Origin: Chitinophagales bacterium
GTDB lineage: Bacteria > Bacteroidota > Bacteroidia > Chitinophagales > Saprospiraceae
Length of the DNA stretch: 64,000 nt
Assembly (NCBI GenBank): GCA_038258275.1
Contig: JBBSPZ010000005.1
Coordinates: forward strand, 9,407 to 73,406
Direction of reading: 5' to 3'
Positions 9,910 through 20,261 of the stretch are shown piece after piece (positions within the stretch are counted from its first letter, which is position 1; each line of letters begins with the position of its first letter). A program made the translations under genes and the position numbers. The notes under the pieces were generated by a model. That model did not search any database and had not been told where the DNA came from. It was given only the letters and a program-made list of their open reading frames with translations.

Positions 9910-10938
9910 ATGAATGAGCACCTCAACCCCTCCGCCGCGAACCTCACCCCCGAAGACGGAGCCATGGAACGGGCCCTGCGCCCAGACAGCCTCAGTGAAT
10001 TCAGCGGTCAGCCCAAGATCGTCGAGAACCTTAAGGTCTTCATCCAGGCTGCCGTACAACGCGGCGACTCGCTGGATCACGTACTGCTGCACGGTCCTCC
10101 GGGTCTCGGCAAAACAACCCTCAGCCACATCATCGCTAATGAACTGGGCGCGGAGTTGAAACTGACCAGCGGGCCGGTGCTGGAGAAGCCCGGCGACCTG
10201 GCGGGCCTCCTCACGAACCTCAATGAGGGGGACGTGCTGTTCATCGACGAGATCCACCGGCTGAACAATGTCGTGGAGGAGTACCTCTACTCCGCGATGG
10301 AAGATTACCGCATCGACATCATGATCGACAGCGGTCCCAACGCCCGCTCGGTACAGATCAACCTGAACCCCTTCACCCTCGTGGGGGCGACTACCCGCAT
10401 GGGCCTCCTGACCGCGCCGATGCGCGCGCGCTTCGGCATCAACTGCCTCCTCGACTACTACGACGTCAAGACCCTCGTCAACATCATTAAGCGCTCCTGC
10501 GAAATTATGGGCGTACCGATCACGGAGCAGGGAGCCCAGGAGATCGCCCGCCGGAGCCGGGGTACCCCGCGGATCGCCAATGCCCTGCTGCGGCGGATCC
10601 GCGACTTTGCCCAGGTGAAGGGCACCGGCGTCATCGACCAGGAAATCGCGGACTACGGCCTGGCCGCCCTCAACGTGGACGAGGGAGGACTCGACGAAAT
10701 GGACAACAAGATCCTCAACGCCATCGTGCACAAATTCAAGGGCGGCCCCGTAGGCGTGTCCACCATCGCCACGGCGGTGGGGGAAGAAACCGGTACGATC
10801 GAGGAGGTCCACGAACCCTTCCTGATCATGGAGGGCTACCTCATGCGCACCCCGCGGGGACGGCAGGCAACGGAAAAGGCGTACCACCACATCGGTGCTA
10901 CGCCTCCCGGAGCGGCCAATACGCTCTTCGAGTTCTAG
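9910..10938 (+). CDS. ruvB: Holliday junction branch migration helicase RuvB
   Basis: Motifs ALRP..L.EF.GQ, Walker [19 protein letters not shown] and [16 protein letters not shown]. Confidence 0.97.
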   Translation: MNEHLNPSAANLTPEDGAMERALRPDSLSEFSGQPKIVENLKVFIQAAVQRGDSLDHVLLHGPPGLGKTTLSHIIANELGAELKLTSGPVLEKPGDLAGLLTNLNEGDVLFIDEIHRLNNVVEEYLYSAMEDYRIDIMIDSGPNARSVQINLNPFTLVGATTRMGLLTAPMRARFGINCLLDYYDVKTLVNIIKRSCEIMGVPITEQGAQEIARRSRGTPRIANALLRRIRDFAQVKGTGVIDQEIADYGLAALNVDEGGLDEMDNKILNAIVHKFKGGPVGVSTIATAVGEETGTIEEVHEPFLIMEGYLMRTPRGRQATEKAYHHIGATPPGAANTLFEF

Positions 10939-10946
10939 CGGCCCGG

Positions 10947-12416
10947 CTATTCCTCTTCGGTGAGGACCTGGGCCGTGGCCTTGACGGTATCGACGACGTT
11001 CTGTACTTCGTGCTCGGCCGCATCCACGGCCCGGTCAATAGAGGCGGTGGTCTGCTGCAACAGCGATGGGGCGGGCGTGCGCTGCCGGCTGGGTTGTGCC
11101 GCTTTGGCGATCTCGTTATCGGATTTCCAGGCCAGCTGGCTGAAGGCCGCGAAATTGGCCACCACGTCGGTAGGGGCAGCATCCCGCGTTTGCTTACGCT
11201 CGGCCTTGGACTGCCTCTTCCCCGATTTGATGGCTGCGGCGGCAGCTGCCAGCTTTGCCTGTTCCTCCGGAGGAAGTACGCGACTTTCCATATCCGCCGC
11301 AATCTTGGCCCGGGCAGCCTCCTTGGCTTGCCGCTCGGCCTCCTTACGTTGCTGCTTTTCGGCCCGCTTCTTGTCCTTTTCGATCCGTCCTTCCAGCATG
11401 GTCTTGGTCTTGACCATATCTTCCAGCTTCTCGTTCTTACTCTTGACCCGACTCTCGATCATGAGGATCTTGGCCTGACGGATCTGGGCCTCGAGCTGAC
11501 CGTCGGTACGTTCGATGCGGCGGCGTTCGAACTTCAGGTCCTCCTCGTCGCGTCCGATGCTCTTTTGCATCCGCTCCATGGCCTTCAGGAGTCCCTGGTA
11601 GCGGGATTCGTTGCGCCCCACGGCAGCGGCGGCAGCCGGTGCGTCAGACCGCCCCCCCTGGCCCCGCAGTTCTTTTACTGCCTTAAAGGCTGCGTCAATG
11701 CGTCCGTAGACCTCATCGCGATCACTCTTCGTGAATTTTATGCCGTGGAACTTGCGTTGCAACTCCCGCATTTCCTGAAACACCTTATTCAGGTGGGTGC
11801 CTTCACTGATGCGCTTTTCGGCATCTTCGAGCAGGAGGGAGAACTTGGCTTTCTGCTTCGCGGATTCTTCCTCGTACTGGGCGTTTATGGCCTGGCGCAG
11901 TTCCTTTAGCTGGGCAAAGATCGCATCGGAGCGCTTGCGCAGCTCGTTGCCTTGCTCGCGCATGAGGGTTTTATCCTGTAGCTGTCCCTGTACTTTCTGC
12001 CAAAAATTTTTGGCTTGGTTCCAGAGGTCGCTGCTGTACGCGCCGGCCCGCTCGATGCGGTCCTCCATTTCCGCGAGCTCGCTGCGGTAGGACTGGGCCA
12101 GCTTCTCACTGAGCACGTTGAAGTGCCACTCGGTCTGGGCCCGCACGATCATGTCGGTCTGCTCGGCCTTCAGGTCGTCGGGAAGCAGCGACTCGGTGAC
12201 GCTGAGCTCCCGGGCGATCACGCGGTCGGGCTCGGGGAACTCGGCCGCTTCGCCCTTGCGCCATTTGTCCATGAAGGCGGTGTACACCTCATCGGTGACC
12301 ACTTTCTCGGGGAAGGTTTCGATCCGGACGATGTTGTCGGTCACTTGCAGCTCGATCGTGATGAGCACGCGTTTTTCCTGGGCATCTCGCCCCCAGACGG
12401 CAATTCGGTTTCGCAT
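10947..12416 (-). CDS. Hypothetical coiled-coil protein with DUF349-like helical repeats
   Basis: 489-aa ORF filling the gap between ruvB and asd. Charged helical segments such as DLWNQAKNFWQKVQ..ELRKRSDAIF and FQEMRELQRKF..DEVYGRIDAAF. Confidence 0.75.
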   Translation of the reverse strand: MRNRIAVWGRDAQEKRVLITIELQVTDNIVRIETFPEKVVTDEVYTAFMDKWRKGEAAEFPEPDRVIARELSVTESLLPDDLKAEQTDMIVRAQTEWHFNVLSEKLAQSYRSELAEMEDRIERAGAYSSDLWNQAKNFWQKVQGQLQDKTLMREQGNELRKRSDAIFAQLKELRQAINAQYEEESAKQKAKFSLLLEDAEKRISEGTHLNKVFQEMRELQRKFHGIKFTKSDRDEVYGRIDAAFKAVKELRGQGGRSDAPAAAAAVGRNESRYQGLLKAMERMQKSIGRDEEDLKFERRRIERTDGQLEAQIRQAKILMIESRVKSKNEKLEDMVKTKTMLEGRIEKDKKRAEKQQRKEAERQAKEAARAKIAADMESRVLPPEEQAKLAAAAAAIKSGKRQSKAERKQTRDAAPTDVVANFAAFSQLAWKSDNEIAKAAQPSRQRTPAPSLLQQTTASIDRAVDAAEHEVQNVVDTVKATAQVLTEEE

Positions 12417-12520
12417 AGCGATGGTCAGTTCTCAGTCTTCAGCGGAAAGATCGGGCCTGGCCCGCCTCATCCGCAGCATTTAGTAAGTATCAAAGCAACA
12501 ACGCCAAGATACAGTTTGTG

Positions 12521-13537
12521 TTAGGCCCGGGCGGCAACCCGGTTGCCAATCATTTTTTTATCCAGCAGGTATTCGGCGATCTGCACGGCATTGGTGGCGG
12601 CCCCTTTGCGGAGGTTATCGGCCACGATCCAGAGGTTGAGTCCGTTGGCGACGCTGTCGTCGCGGCGGATACGGCCGACGAACACCTCGTCCTTATGCTT
12701 GCTCATGAGCGGCATGGGGTAGACGTTATTCTTGGGGTCGTCCTGTACGACCAGTCCGGGCACCGCACCCAGCAGCTCCCGTACCTTTTCCACGGTGAAG
12801 GGGCGTTCGAACTCCACGTTGACGCTTTCGCTGTGGCCGCCGTCGACGGGCACGCGTACGGCGGTGGCGGTGATGGCCATCGAGTCGTCGCCGAGGATCT
12901 TGCGGGTCTCGTGGACCAGCTTCATTTCCTCCTTCGTGTAGTCGTTATCGAGGAACACGTCGCAGTGGGGGATACAGTTTTCGAAAATCGGGTAATGGTA
13001 GGCCGGCTCCTCACTCGTGCCGCCGTCCCGCTCGGTCTGGTACTGCTTTACGGCCTTCACGCCGGTACCGGTGAAGGACTGGTAGGTAGAGATGACCAGC
13101 CGCTTGATCTTAAAGGCCTTGTGCAGGGGCGCCAGGGCAACTACCATCTGGATGGTGGAACAGTTGGGGTTGGCGATGATGAGGTCTTCCGGAGTCAGTT
13201 CGTCCGCGTTCACCTCCGGAACGACCAATTTCTTACCGGGGTCCATCCGCCAGGCGCTGCTGTTGTCGATCACTACCGTGCCGACCGCCGCGAATTTCGG
13301 GGCCCACTCCAGGCTGGTAGAGCCGCCGGCGGAGAAGATCGCAACGTCACAGTGGGCGTCCACGGCGTCCTGGAGAGAAAGCACGCTATAGGTCTTGCCC
13401 CGGTACTCCAGTTGCTTGCCAACGGAACGTTCGGAAGCCACGGGGAGCAGTTCGGTAATGGGAAAATCGTGCTCCTTCAGCACTTCGAACATGACGCCTC
13501 CGACCAGACCGGTAGCGCCGACTACGGCAACTTTCAT
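12521..13537 (-). CDS. asd: Aspartate-semialdehyde dehydrogenase
   Basis: Motifs VAVVGATGLVG, FSAGG, IDNSSAWRM, IIANPNCSTIQM, TAVRVPV..GHSE and DNLRKGAATNAVQI. Confidence 0.97.
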   Translation of the reverse strand: MKVAVVGATGLVGGVMFEVLKEHDFPITELLPVASERSVGKQLEYRGKTYSVLSLQDAVDAHCDVAIFSAGGSTSLEWAPKFAAVGTVVIDNSSAWRMDPGKKLVVPEVNADELTPEDLIIANPNCSTIQMVVALAPLHKAFKIKRLVISTYQSFTGTGVKAVKQYQTERDGGTSEEPAYHYPIFENCIPHCDVFLDNDYTKEEMKLVHETRKILGDDSMAITATAVRVPVDGGHSESVNVEFERPFTVEKVRELLGAVPGLVVQDDPKNNVYPMPLMSKHKDEVFVGRIRRDDSVANGLNLWIVADNLRKGAATNAVQIAEYLLDKKMIGNRVAARA

Positions 13538-13560
13538 TGGTTCTTCTCTTTTGGGGAAGC

Positions 13561-13568
13561 CAAAGGTA
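13561..13568 (-). promoter_or_regulatory. -7 element (TACCTTTG) for asd
   Basis: CAAAGGTA on the + strand, 23 nt upstream of the asd ATG. Confidence 0.6.
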
Positions 13569-13669
13569 AGCTTTCGGGCGGGTACGCGGGTGCAGGGAAG
13601 CAGCGAATCCGGGAGAGGGAAAGGTGATTTTCTGGAGGGTGGGCCGGAGGTGTCCGTAAGTACGCCGGG

Positions 13670-14014
13670 TCAGAGCAAATTTCCCTCCCCCGGAAAGGCG
13701 ACCTTGGGCTCGAAAGCCAGGGCCTCCTCCGTGGTCATGTATCCGTAGGCAATGATGATGACGGTATCCCCTACCTGGCACCTGCGCGCCGCCGCCCCGT
13801 TGAGGCAAATGACGCCGGAGCCTTCCTCTCCGCGAATGGTGTAAGTTTCGATCCGCTCTCCGTTATTGTTGTTGACGATCTGCACTTTTTCCCCCTCGAT
13901 GATGCCGGAAGCGTCGAGCAGGAGGCCGTCGATGGTGATACTGCCGACGTAATTGAGGTTGGCCTCGGTGACGGTAGCGCGGTGAATCTTTCCTTTAAAA
14001 CGTTGAATAAGCAT
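13670..14014 (-). CDS. panD: Aspartate 1-decarboxylase
   Basis: [21 protein letters not shown] self-cleavage site, plus RIETYTI and ICLNGAAAR. Confidence 0.97.
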   Translation of the reverse strand: MLIQRFKGKIHRATVTEANLNYVGSITIDGLLLDASGIIEGEKVQIVNNNNGERIETYTIRGEEGSGVICLNGAAARRCQVGDTVIIIAYGYMTTEEALAFEPKVAFPGEGNLL

Positions 14015-14036
14015 ACTCGGTAGGTGGTTGGGCTGA

Positions 14037-14918
14037 TTACTTCGCCGGGGTTGAAACGCTGTTGAACACGATGCGGTTGTCTATCAGCCGGACCTCCCCC
14101 ACCCGCACGGCCGCGGTGGCGACCACTTCTTCCGCCGGATCGCCGTCCTGGTAGGGCAGCAAGGTGGAGCCGTCCACGACCTCAATGTACTCGGGTTGCA
14201 GTAAGGGAATGCCGGCAAGCCCGCGGAACGCCAGGCGCTCCAGCTCCCGGGCCGGCCAGCCCGAGCGGAGCCCGGCGGCCACTACGGCCAGGTGCTGGTT
14301 GATCTTACCCGCGGCGGCGCGCTGTTCCGGACCGAGGCGACGGTTGCGGCTGCTGAGGGCCAGGCCATCGGCTTCGCGCACGGTGGGGACGACCGCGACT
14401 TCCAGGGGTAACCCGAGGAGCTCGATCATGCGTTTGATGACGGCCACCTGCTGGTAGTCCTTCTGTCCGAGGTAAAGTACGTCGGGCGCGACGATAGAAA
14501 GTAACCGACTCACCACCTGCATCACTCCGGCGAAGTGGCCCGGGCGCTGGCGACCCTCCATCCGCGTGGCCAGGTCGCCCAGCTCGAGGTGGGCGGTGAG
14601 GCTCTGGCCGGTCCCGGCGGGATACACGTCCTCGGTAGCCGGCAGGTAGAGGTAATCGCAGCCGTAGGCTTCCAGCAGGCGGGTGTCCGCTTCCGGGGTA
14701 TGGGGGTAGGCCTCGAGGTCGGCCGACTCATTGAATTGGGTGGGATTGACGAAGATGCTGGCGACGGTGACGTCGTGGGTACGTACCGAGTTTTTGACCA
14801 GGGTGGCGTGCCCGAGGTGGAGGGCGCCCATGGTGGGAACGAAGCCGATGGAGCGGTCGTCGCGCCGCTCGGTAAGCAGCACTTGAGTAAGTTCGGACGC
14901 GGTGGTAAAGGTTTGCAC
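14037..14918 (-). CDS. panC: Pantoate--beta-alanine ligase
   Basis: Motifs [49 protein letters not shown] and RLIDN. GTG 14918 chosen as start (track start is 14948). Confidence 0.96.
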   Translation of the reverse strand: MQTFTTASELTQVLLTERRDDRSIGFVPTMGALHLGHATLVKNSVRTHDVTVASIFVNPTQFNESADLEAYPHTPEADTRLLEAYGCDYLYLPATEDVYPAGTGQSLTAHLELGDLATRMEGRQRPGHFAGVMQVVSRLLSIVAPDVLYLGQKDYQQVAVIKRMIELLGLPLEVAVVPTVREADGLALSSRNRRLGPEQRAAAGKINQHLAVVAAGLRSGWPARELERLAFRGLAGIPLLQPEYIEVVDGSTLLPYQDGDPAEEVVATAAVRVGEVRLIDNRIVFNSVSTPAK

Positions 14919-15025
14919 GTGGATCGGGCGATTAACGAGGCTCGGCACCCCCGGATTTTACGCATTGGTCGTGGGGCGACCTCCGCTAAGGGGCGGCGAA
15001 GATAGGGGGTGTCCACAATATTTAG

Positions 15026-15033
15026 TAACTTTG
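15026..15033 (+). promoter_or_regulatory. -7 element (TAACTTTG) for the glycogen-synthase-like gene
   Basis: Exact TAnnTTTG match in the divergent intergenic region. Confidence 0.6.
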
Positions 15034-15118
15034 CCATCCTTGGGGCCGTGCGAGGGCTCCCGTGCCGGGCCGCAATGGCGGTCGGGTTCGTCAAAAACCT
15101 GAAACGCGATCATAAGAT

Positions 15119-15943
15119 ATGAGCAAAACTAAGGTGCTGATTGTTACCCAGGAAATGGACCCCTACACGGAGCTGACCGAAATAGCGACGACCGTGCGGG
15201 CCCTGGCCCCCTACCTCCAGAAAAATCAGATGGAAATCCGCGTGCTGATGCCCCGTTACGGAACCATCAACGAACGTCGCCATCGCCTGCACGAAGTTGT
15301 CCGCCTCTCCGGCATGAACATCATTGTGGACGACGACGACTACCCCCTCATCATCAAGGTGGCCTCCCTGCCCGACAAGGGCGTGCGCATGCAGGTCTAT
15401 TTCCTCGACAACGAAGATTTCTTCAAGCGCAAGTTTGTCCACGTAGACAAAGCCGGAAATCCCTTTGACGACAACGCCGACCGCGCGGTGTTCTTCAGCA
15501 AGGGGGTGATCGAAACCGTCCGGAAGTTCGGTTGGCCGCCCGACATCATCCACGTCCACGGCTGGATGACGAGCCTGATCCCCTTCTACCTGCGCACCGC
15601 CTACAAGAACGAGCCGCTCTTCAAGAACAGCAAGATCGTGTACAGCCTCTACGAAAGCGGGCCCGAAAACCACATCACCGACGACTTCGCCATGAAGGCC
15701 AGCATCAATGCCCTGAGCGAAGACGACCTGGCGCCCTACCTCGAAGACGGAAAACCCGCCCTGCACCGGGGAGCCATCAAGTACAGCGATGCCGTCATCC
15801 GCGGCAGTGCCGAGATCGATGACGCCCTCGCCGCGGCCCTGGCCAATGCAGACATTCCCATCCTGAACGTACAGGGGGAAGACAGTCCGAAAGCCTCCGT
15901 AGAATTCTACCGGGAGCTGCTCGCGGCAGAAGTCGAGAAGTAA
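15119..15943 (+). CDS. Glycogen/starch synthase-like protein (N-terminal Glyco_transf_5-like domain only)
   Basis: Motifs IRVLMPRYG.INERR..LHEV.RLSG and PDIIHVHGW. Only 274 aa. Lies upstream of DUF4270 and glmS as in other Bacteroidota. Confidence 0.85.
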   Translation: MSKTKVLIVTQEMDPYTELTEIATTVRALAPYLQKNQMEIRVLMPRYGTINERRHRLHEVVRLSGMNIIVDDDDYPLIIKVASLPDKGVRMQVYFLDNEDFFKRKFVHVDKAGNPFDDNADRAVFFSKGVIETVRKFGWPPDIIHVHGWMTSLIPFYLRTAYKNEPLFKNSKIVYSLYESGPENHITDDFAMKASINALSEDDLAPYLEDGKPALHRGAIKYSDAVIRGSAEIDDALAAALANADIPILNVQGEDSPKASVEFYRELLAAEVEK

Positions 15944-15979
15944 CCAACCAGTTCCCACCGCCGGTACTCCTTACATCCC

Positions 15980-16022
15980 AACGAGTCCTTCCCTCCCCGA
16001 GGGGAAGGACTCGTTTACTTTA
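15980..16022 (+). terminator. Intrinsic terminator
   Basis: 14-bp stem AACGAGTCCTTCCC/GGGAAGGACTCGTT followed by TACTTTT. Confidence 0.75.
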
Positions 16023-16047
16023 CCTGTTGCCTACAGATTTAAACCAG

Positions 16048-17448
16048 ATGAACTTAACGTATAGCGGATTTTTCCTGTTAGCCCTGACGCTCCTGCTTGG
16101 CTGCACCGACCCCATCACGGTAGGTTCCGACCTGCTCGGCAGCGACCGGGCCGGCGTCGGAGAAATCACCGACCTTCCCTTCACCACCCAAGTGGTCCGG
16201 GAAGACAGCCTATTTACCTTTAGCGGGGTCACTAACGGCGTCAATTACGCTCCCCCCGCCGCCTTCACCTTCGGCCAGATCGATGACCCCAATTTCGGTC
16301 TGACCCGCCACAGCGTCTACCTCACGCCGCGGCTTCCACGGACGGCCAGCGGATTGACCATCGTACCGCAGTTTGCCCAACGCGCGGATATTCGCATCGA
16401 TTCGGTGGTGGTCATCCTGCCCATCGATACCGCCCGTGCCTTTTATGGCCCCGGCCGCTCCTTCCCCTTCCGGGCCTATGAGATCCAGTCTCCCCTGTCC
16501 TTTATGGAGGATTACTACAGCAACCTGAAAGTCCCGACCAACCTGATGAATCTGGGCAATGAGGGAAGTTTCTACGCCTCCACCACTCCCATGGAGGTAA
16601 GGGACACCGCCATTAACGGACGCTCTTTCCGCCGTGCGCACATTCGCGTGCGGCTCAACGAAGCCTTCGTGGAGGAGGCCAACCAGTTTACGGCCGCCGA
16701 CTTCGCCGCTGATTCGGTGTTTCGCGACCAGTTTCCCGGAATGTACCTCGAACCCGACGGCGACAGCCATGCCCTCGTTTCGCTGGCTCCCGTGGAAACC
16801 TCCACCGTCGATACCGTGTACAACGGATTCAACTTCTACTATACCGATACCCTCGGAAGGCCCGCCGAATACCGGGTCAGTTACCTGCAAGCCCTACCCA
16901 ACTATACCTACAGCTACTCCGGTTCGCTGGTGGGCGGTCTGCTGCAGGACGGCGTCGACAATGAGTTAGTGGCCCTGGCCGGACAGGGAGGGGTGATGAC
17001 CCAGATCGATTTTACGGACCTCCGCAGCCTCGAGAACCTGGTGATCAACAGCGCCGTGCTGGAAATTCCCATCGCACAGGTAGACGGGGTGGAGTACGCG
17101 GATTACCCCGTACCTACCCGGGTAGAACTCTTCTACCGCGCCAGCAGTACCAGCCCCCTGCAGGTCATCGAAGACCGCCTGCAGCTCTCCATCAACAATT
17201 CCAACCCCGCAAACCTGCCCCTCTTTCTTCAGGGGGCACTAAAGACCGTAGACGGTATCCGCCTGTATTCCCCGGCATTATCCCTGCACATGCAGCGGAT
17301 CGTGGACGGAGAAGTACCTCCGCGGGTTTACTTGCGGGTGACCCCGATTGAGCGGTCTGAATTTCGCGCGGCCCGCGTGCTCCTGAACGGCCCGGCTGCC
17401 GCAGTCAATCCGGCCCGAATCCGCATTACCTTTACGGAGCTGGATTAA
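16048..17448 (+). CDS. DUF4270 family lipoprotein
   Basis: Lipobox LLLG-C then DPITVGSDLL. Motifs FGQIDDPNFG and IDSVVVILP. Position between the glgA-like gene and glmS. Confidence 0.75.
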   Translation: MNLTYSGFFLLALTLLLGCTDPITVGSDLLGSDRAGVGEITDLPFTTQVVREDSLFTFSGVTNGVNYAPPAAFTFGQIDDPNFGLTRHSVYLTPRLPRTASGLTIVPQFAQRADIRIDSVVVILPIDTARAFYGPGRSFPFRAYEIQSPLSFMEDYYSNLKVPTNLMNLGNEGSFYASTTPMEVRDTAINGRSFRRAHIRVRLNEAFVEEANQFTAADFAADSVFRDQFPGMYLEPDGDSHALVSLAPVETSTVDTVYNGFNFYYTDTLGRPAEYRVSYLQALPNYTYSYSGSLVGGLLQDGVDNELVALAGQGGVMTQIDFTDLRSLENLVINSAVLEIPIAQVDGVEYADYPVPTRVELFYRASSTSPLQVIEDRLQLSINNSNPANLPLFLQGALKTVDGIRLYSPALSLHMQRIVDGEVPPRVYLRVTPIERSEFRAARVLLNGPAAAVNPARIRITFTELD

Positions 17449-17565
17449 GGCGGGCAACTTCCCGCCTGACTACCCGTTAATTCAGATAGACCCGCCTGCT
17501 TTTACAGGGCCGGCTAGTATAGTATTAATACACCTTCATCCCAACCTTCTTCAACTGACCTCTAT

Positions 17566-19404
17566 ATGTGTGGAATTGTAGGCTACATCGGTACCCGCCA
17601 GGCCGATGCATTGATCATTAAGGGCCTCGAACGCTTGGAATACCGGGGATACGATAGCGCCGGTATCGCCGTCCTGAACGGGAAAATGTCGATCTGGAAG
17701 AAAAAAGGGAAGGTGGCCGCCCTGCGCAAGGAACTCGGCAAAAACGACACCAGCGGTACCGTAGGCATCGGCCACACCCGCTGGGCTACGCACGGGGAAC
17801 CCAACGATTCGAACGCCCACCCCCACACCGGTGGAAACGGACGGCTCGCGCTGGTGCACAACGGGATCATTGAGAACTACGCCGTCCTGAAGAGCGCGTT
17901 GATCGCCGAAGGACACACCTTCACCAGCGAAACCGACACCGAAGTCCTGGTCCACCTGATCGAAGAAATTCAGGACGAAGGGGATCTCCCCCTCGAAGAG
18001 GCCGTTCGCCTCGCCCTGCAACGCGTAGAGGGTGCGTACGCCATCGCGGTGGTCGACAGCCGCAACCCCGACGTCCTGGTGGGCGCCCGCAAGGCCAGCC
18101 CCCTGGTGGTTGGCATCGGAGAGAACGAATACTTTATCGGTTCGGACGCTTCCCCCTTCCTGGACAGCACCCGGCGCGTAGTTTACCTGGACGACAACCA
18201 GATTGCTACCATCACCCTGAAGGACGGACTCAAGATCCGCGATACGGAAAACGTATCCCAGCCGTCGTTCATCCAGACCCTCGACATGCAGATCGAGGCG
18301 TTGGAGAAGAACGGCTACGAGCATTTCATGCTCAAGGAAATTTACGAGCAGCCCACTACCATCTACGATGCCATGCGGGGCCGCATCAGCAGCAAGGAAA
18401 ACCGCGTTACCCTGCGCGGAATCGAAGAATATGCCAACCGCTTCGTGCGGGCCAACCGGATCATCATCGTCGCCTGTGGCACGAGCTACCACTCCGGCCT
18501 GATCGGGGAGTACCTGATCGAGGACCTTGCCCGCATTCCGGTTGAGGTAGAGTATGCGAGCGAGTTTCGCTACCGCAATCCTATCCTGAACGAACGCGAC
18601 ATCGTTATCGCCCTGAGCCAGAGTGGAGAGACCGCCGACACCCTGGCGGCCCTGGAGCTGGCCAAGAGCAAGGGCGCCATGATTTACGGCATCGTCAACT
18701 CGGTTGGCAGCAGCATCGCGCGCCTGACCGACGCGGGCAGCTACATCCACGCCGGTCCCGAGATCGGCGTCGCCAGTACGAAGGCCTTCACCGGTCAGGT
18801 GACGGTACTGACGCTGCTGGCCCTGAGCCTGGCCCAGAAACTGAGCACCATCAGCAATACCACCTTCCAGACCCTCGTCACCGAGCTGGAGCGGATTCCG
18901 GAAAAGGTCCGGCAGTGCCTCCAGGCCAACGATCACATCCAGTACATTGCCAAGGAGATCAAGCACCACCACAATGCCCTGTACCTGGGCCGTGGCTACA
19001 ACTTCCCTGTGGCCCTGGAGGGTGCCCTTAAGCTGAAAGAGATCAGCTACATCCACGCGGAAGGCTATCCGGCTGCGGAAATGAAGCACGGCCCCATTGC
19101 CCTGATCGACGAAACCATGCCCGTGATCGTCACCGCTACCAATCGCTCGGCCTACGACAAGATCGTTAGCAACGTGCAGGAAGTACTGGCACGGAAGGGA
19201 TTGGTAATCGCTATCGTCAACGAGGGAGAAACGGCCATCAGCGAGATCGCCCACCACGTCATCAAAATACCCGATACGGAAGAACAGCTCTCTCCCCTGC
19301 TGTCGGTCATCCCCCTCCAGCTCCTGAGCTACCACATTGCCGTGGAGCTCGGTCGCAACGTCGACCAGCCCCGCAACCTGGCCAAGTCGGTTACCGTTGA
19401 GTAA
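17566..19404 (+). CDS. glmS: Glutamine--fructose-6-phosphate transaminase (isomerizing)
   Basis: Motifs MCGIVGY, LEYRGYDSAG, GHTRWATHG, SQSGETADT, KHGP and PRNLAKSVTVE. Confidence 0.98.
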   Translation: MCGIVGYIGTRQADALIIKGLERLEYRGYDSAGIAVLNGKMSIWKKKGKVAALRKELGKNDTSGTVGIGHTRWATHGEPNDSNAHPHTGGNGRLALVHNGIIENYAVLKSALIAEGHTFTSETDTEVLVHLIEEIQDEGDLPLEEAVRLALQRVEGAYAIAVVDSRNPDVLVGARKASPLVVGIGENEYFIGSDASPFLDSTRRVVYLDDNQIATITLKDGLKIRDTENVSQPSFIQTLDMQIEALEKNGYEHFMLKEIYEQPTTIYDAMRGRISSKENRVTLRGIEEYANRFVRANRIIIVACGTSYHSGLIGEYLIEDLARIPVEVEYASEFRYRNPILNERDIVIALSQSGETADTLAALELAKSKGAMIYGIVNSVGSSIARLTDAGSYIHAGPEIGVASTKAFTGQVTVLTLLALSLAQKLSTISNTTFQTLVTELERIPEKVRQCLQANDHIQYIAKEIKHHHNALYLGRGYNFPVALEGALKLKEISYIHAEGYPAAEMKHGPIALIDETMPVIVTATNRSAYDKIVSNVQEVLARKGLVIAIVNEGETAISEIAHHVIKIPDTEEQLSPLLSVIPLQLLSYHIAVELGRNVDQPRNLAKSVTVE

Positions 19405-19474
19405 GCGCTGGGCCGGGCACCCCACCACCGTCTATCGTACCTTGTGTACACTAACCGAAAATTGAATCCTCCTT

Positions 19475-20185
19475 ATGGAATGGGACATTGAATATAATAC
19501 CAGCAACGCCGAACTCATCTACAGTGAATACGGGCGTGCCGTACAGGAGTTGCTCCAAAAAGCCAACGAAGTCGAAGGCGACGACGACCGGCAGGCCTAT
19601 GTCGAACGCGTACTCAAGCTGATGCTGCAGATGCAACCCAGCGTCAAGCAACAGGAAAACTACGAGGAACGGCTGTGGAAACACGCCTTCCGGATCGCCG
19701 GCGGAAACCTCAACGTTACCGTACCCGAAGGCATCAACGCCACCCCCCTGCCCGAGGGCGTCACCCCCGAGCCCCTGCCTTACCCCGACAGCCACAAGCA
19801 CATGCTGCACTACGGCAAGAACGTATTGGCCCTGATTGAGGAAGGCAAGAAGATGGAGGACGGTCCGGAACGCGACCAGCTCACCTACACGGCCGCTTAC
19901 TACATGAAGGTGGCCCTTACGGACTGGCGCGACGGAAAATTCTATAACGAAGACATGATCCGCAAGGACCTGTACGAACTCAGCGACAAGGTCCTCGTCC
20001 TTCCTTCCGACGCCAAAATCGGGGAGCCGAACTCCAACCAGCCCTCCCAGGATAACGGAAGCCGGCGGAAGAAGAACAAGAAAAAGTCCGGAGGCGGCGG
20101 TGGGTCTAATAGCAATTCCCAAAACCGCAGCAGTCGCAGCTCCAACAGCCGCAGCAGTAGCAGCCGCAACCGCCGCCGCCGCTAA
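19475..20185 (+). CDS. DUF4290 family protein with a low-complexity Arg/Ser tail
   Basis: Motifs EYNT..L...EYGR.VQ, LW.H and P.PLPYP......HYGKNV. Confidence 0.8.
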   Translation: MEWDIEYNTSNAELIYSEYGRAVQELLQKANEVEGDDDRQAYVERVLKLMLQMQPSVKQQENYEERLWKHAFRIAGGNLNVTVPEGINATPLPEGVTPEPLPYPDSHKHMLHYGKNVLALIEEGKKMEDGPERDQLTYTAAYYMKVALTDWRDGKFYNEDMIRKDLYELSDKVLVLPSDAKIGEPNSNQPSQDNGSRRKKNKKKSGGGGGSNSNSQNRSSRSSNSRSSSSRNRRRR

Positions 20186-20203
20186 GCGCGACCACTACCA
20201 CAC

Positions 20204-20241
20204 AAAAAGCCCCGGCACGTACAACGCGCCGGGGCTTTTTT
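20204..20241. terminator. Bidirectional intrinsic terminator between DUF4290 and rpsT
   Basis: AAAAAGCCCCGGC..GCCGGGGCTTTTTT. Confidence 0.85.
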
Positions 20242-20261
20242 GAGGTGGGAATTCGTAAGAA

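Noticed and set aside
12430-12480. Fluoride-riboswitch- or hammerhead-like text (GGATGAGG..GCTGAAGAC on the minus strand)
   Set aside because: Key conserved nucleotides and pseudoknot pairings are missing. It folds as a simple hairpin, and the downstream gene is unrelated.
17449-17565. glmS ribozyme upstream of glmS
   Set aside because: No AGCGCC..ACGAGG core; the region has only a short GC hairpin and an AT-rich leader.
17551-19428. Long antisense and alternate-frame ORFs in the track (e.g. 17551-19428, 39253-40572, 49100-50875, 59024-60787)
   Set aside because: They mirror well-supported genes on the opposite strand and have no recognisable motifs. Such shadow ORFs are expected from high-GC3 codon bias.
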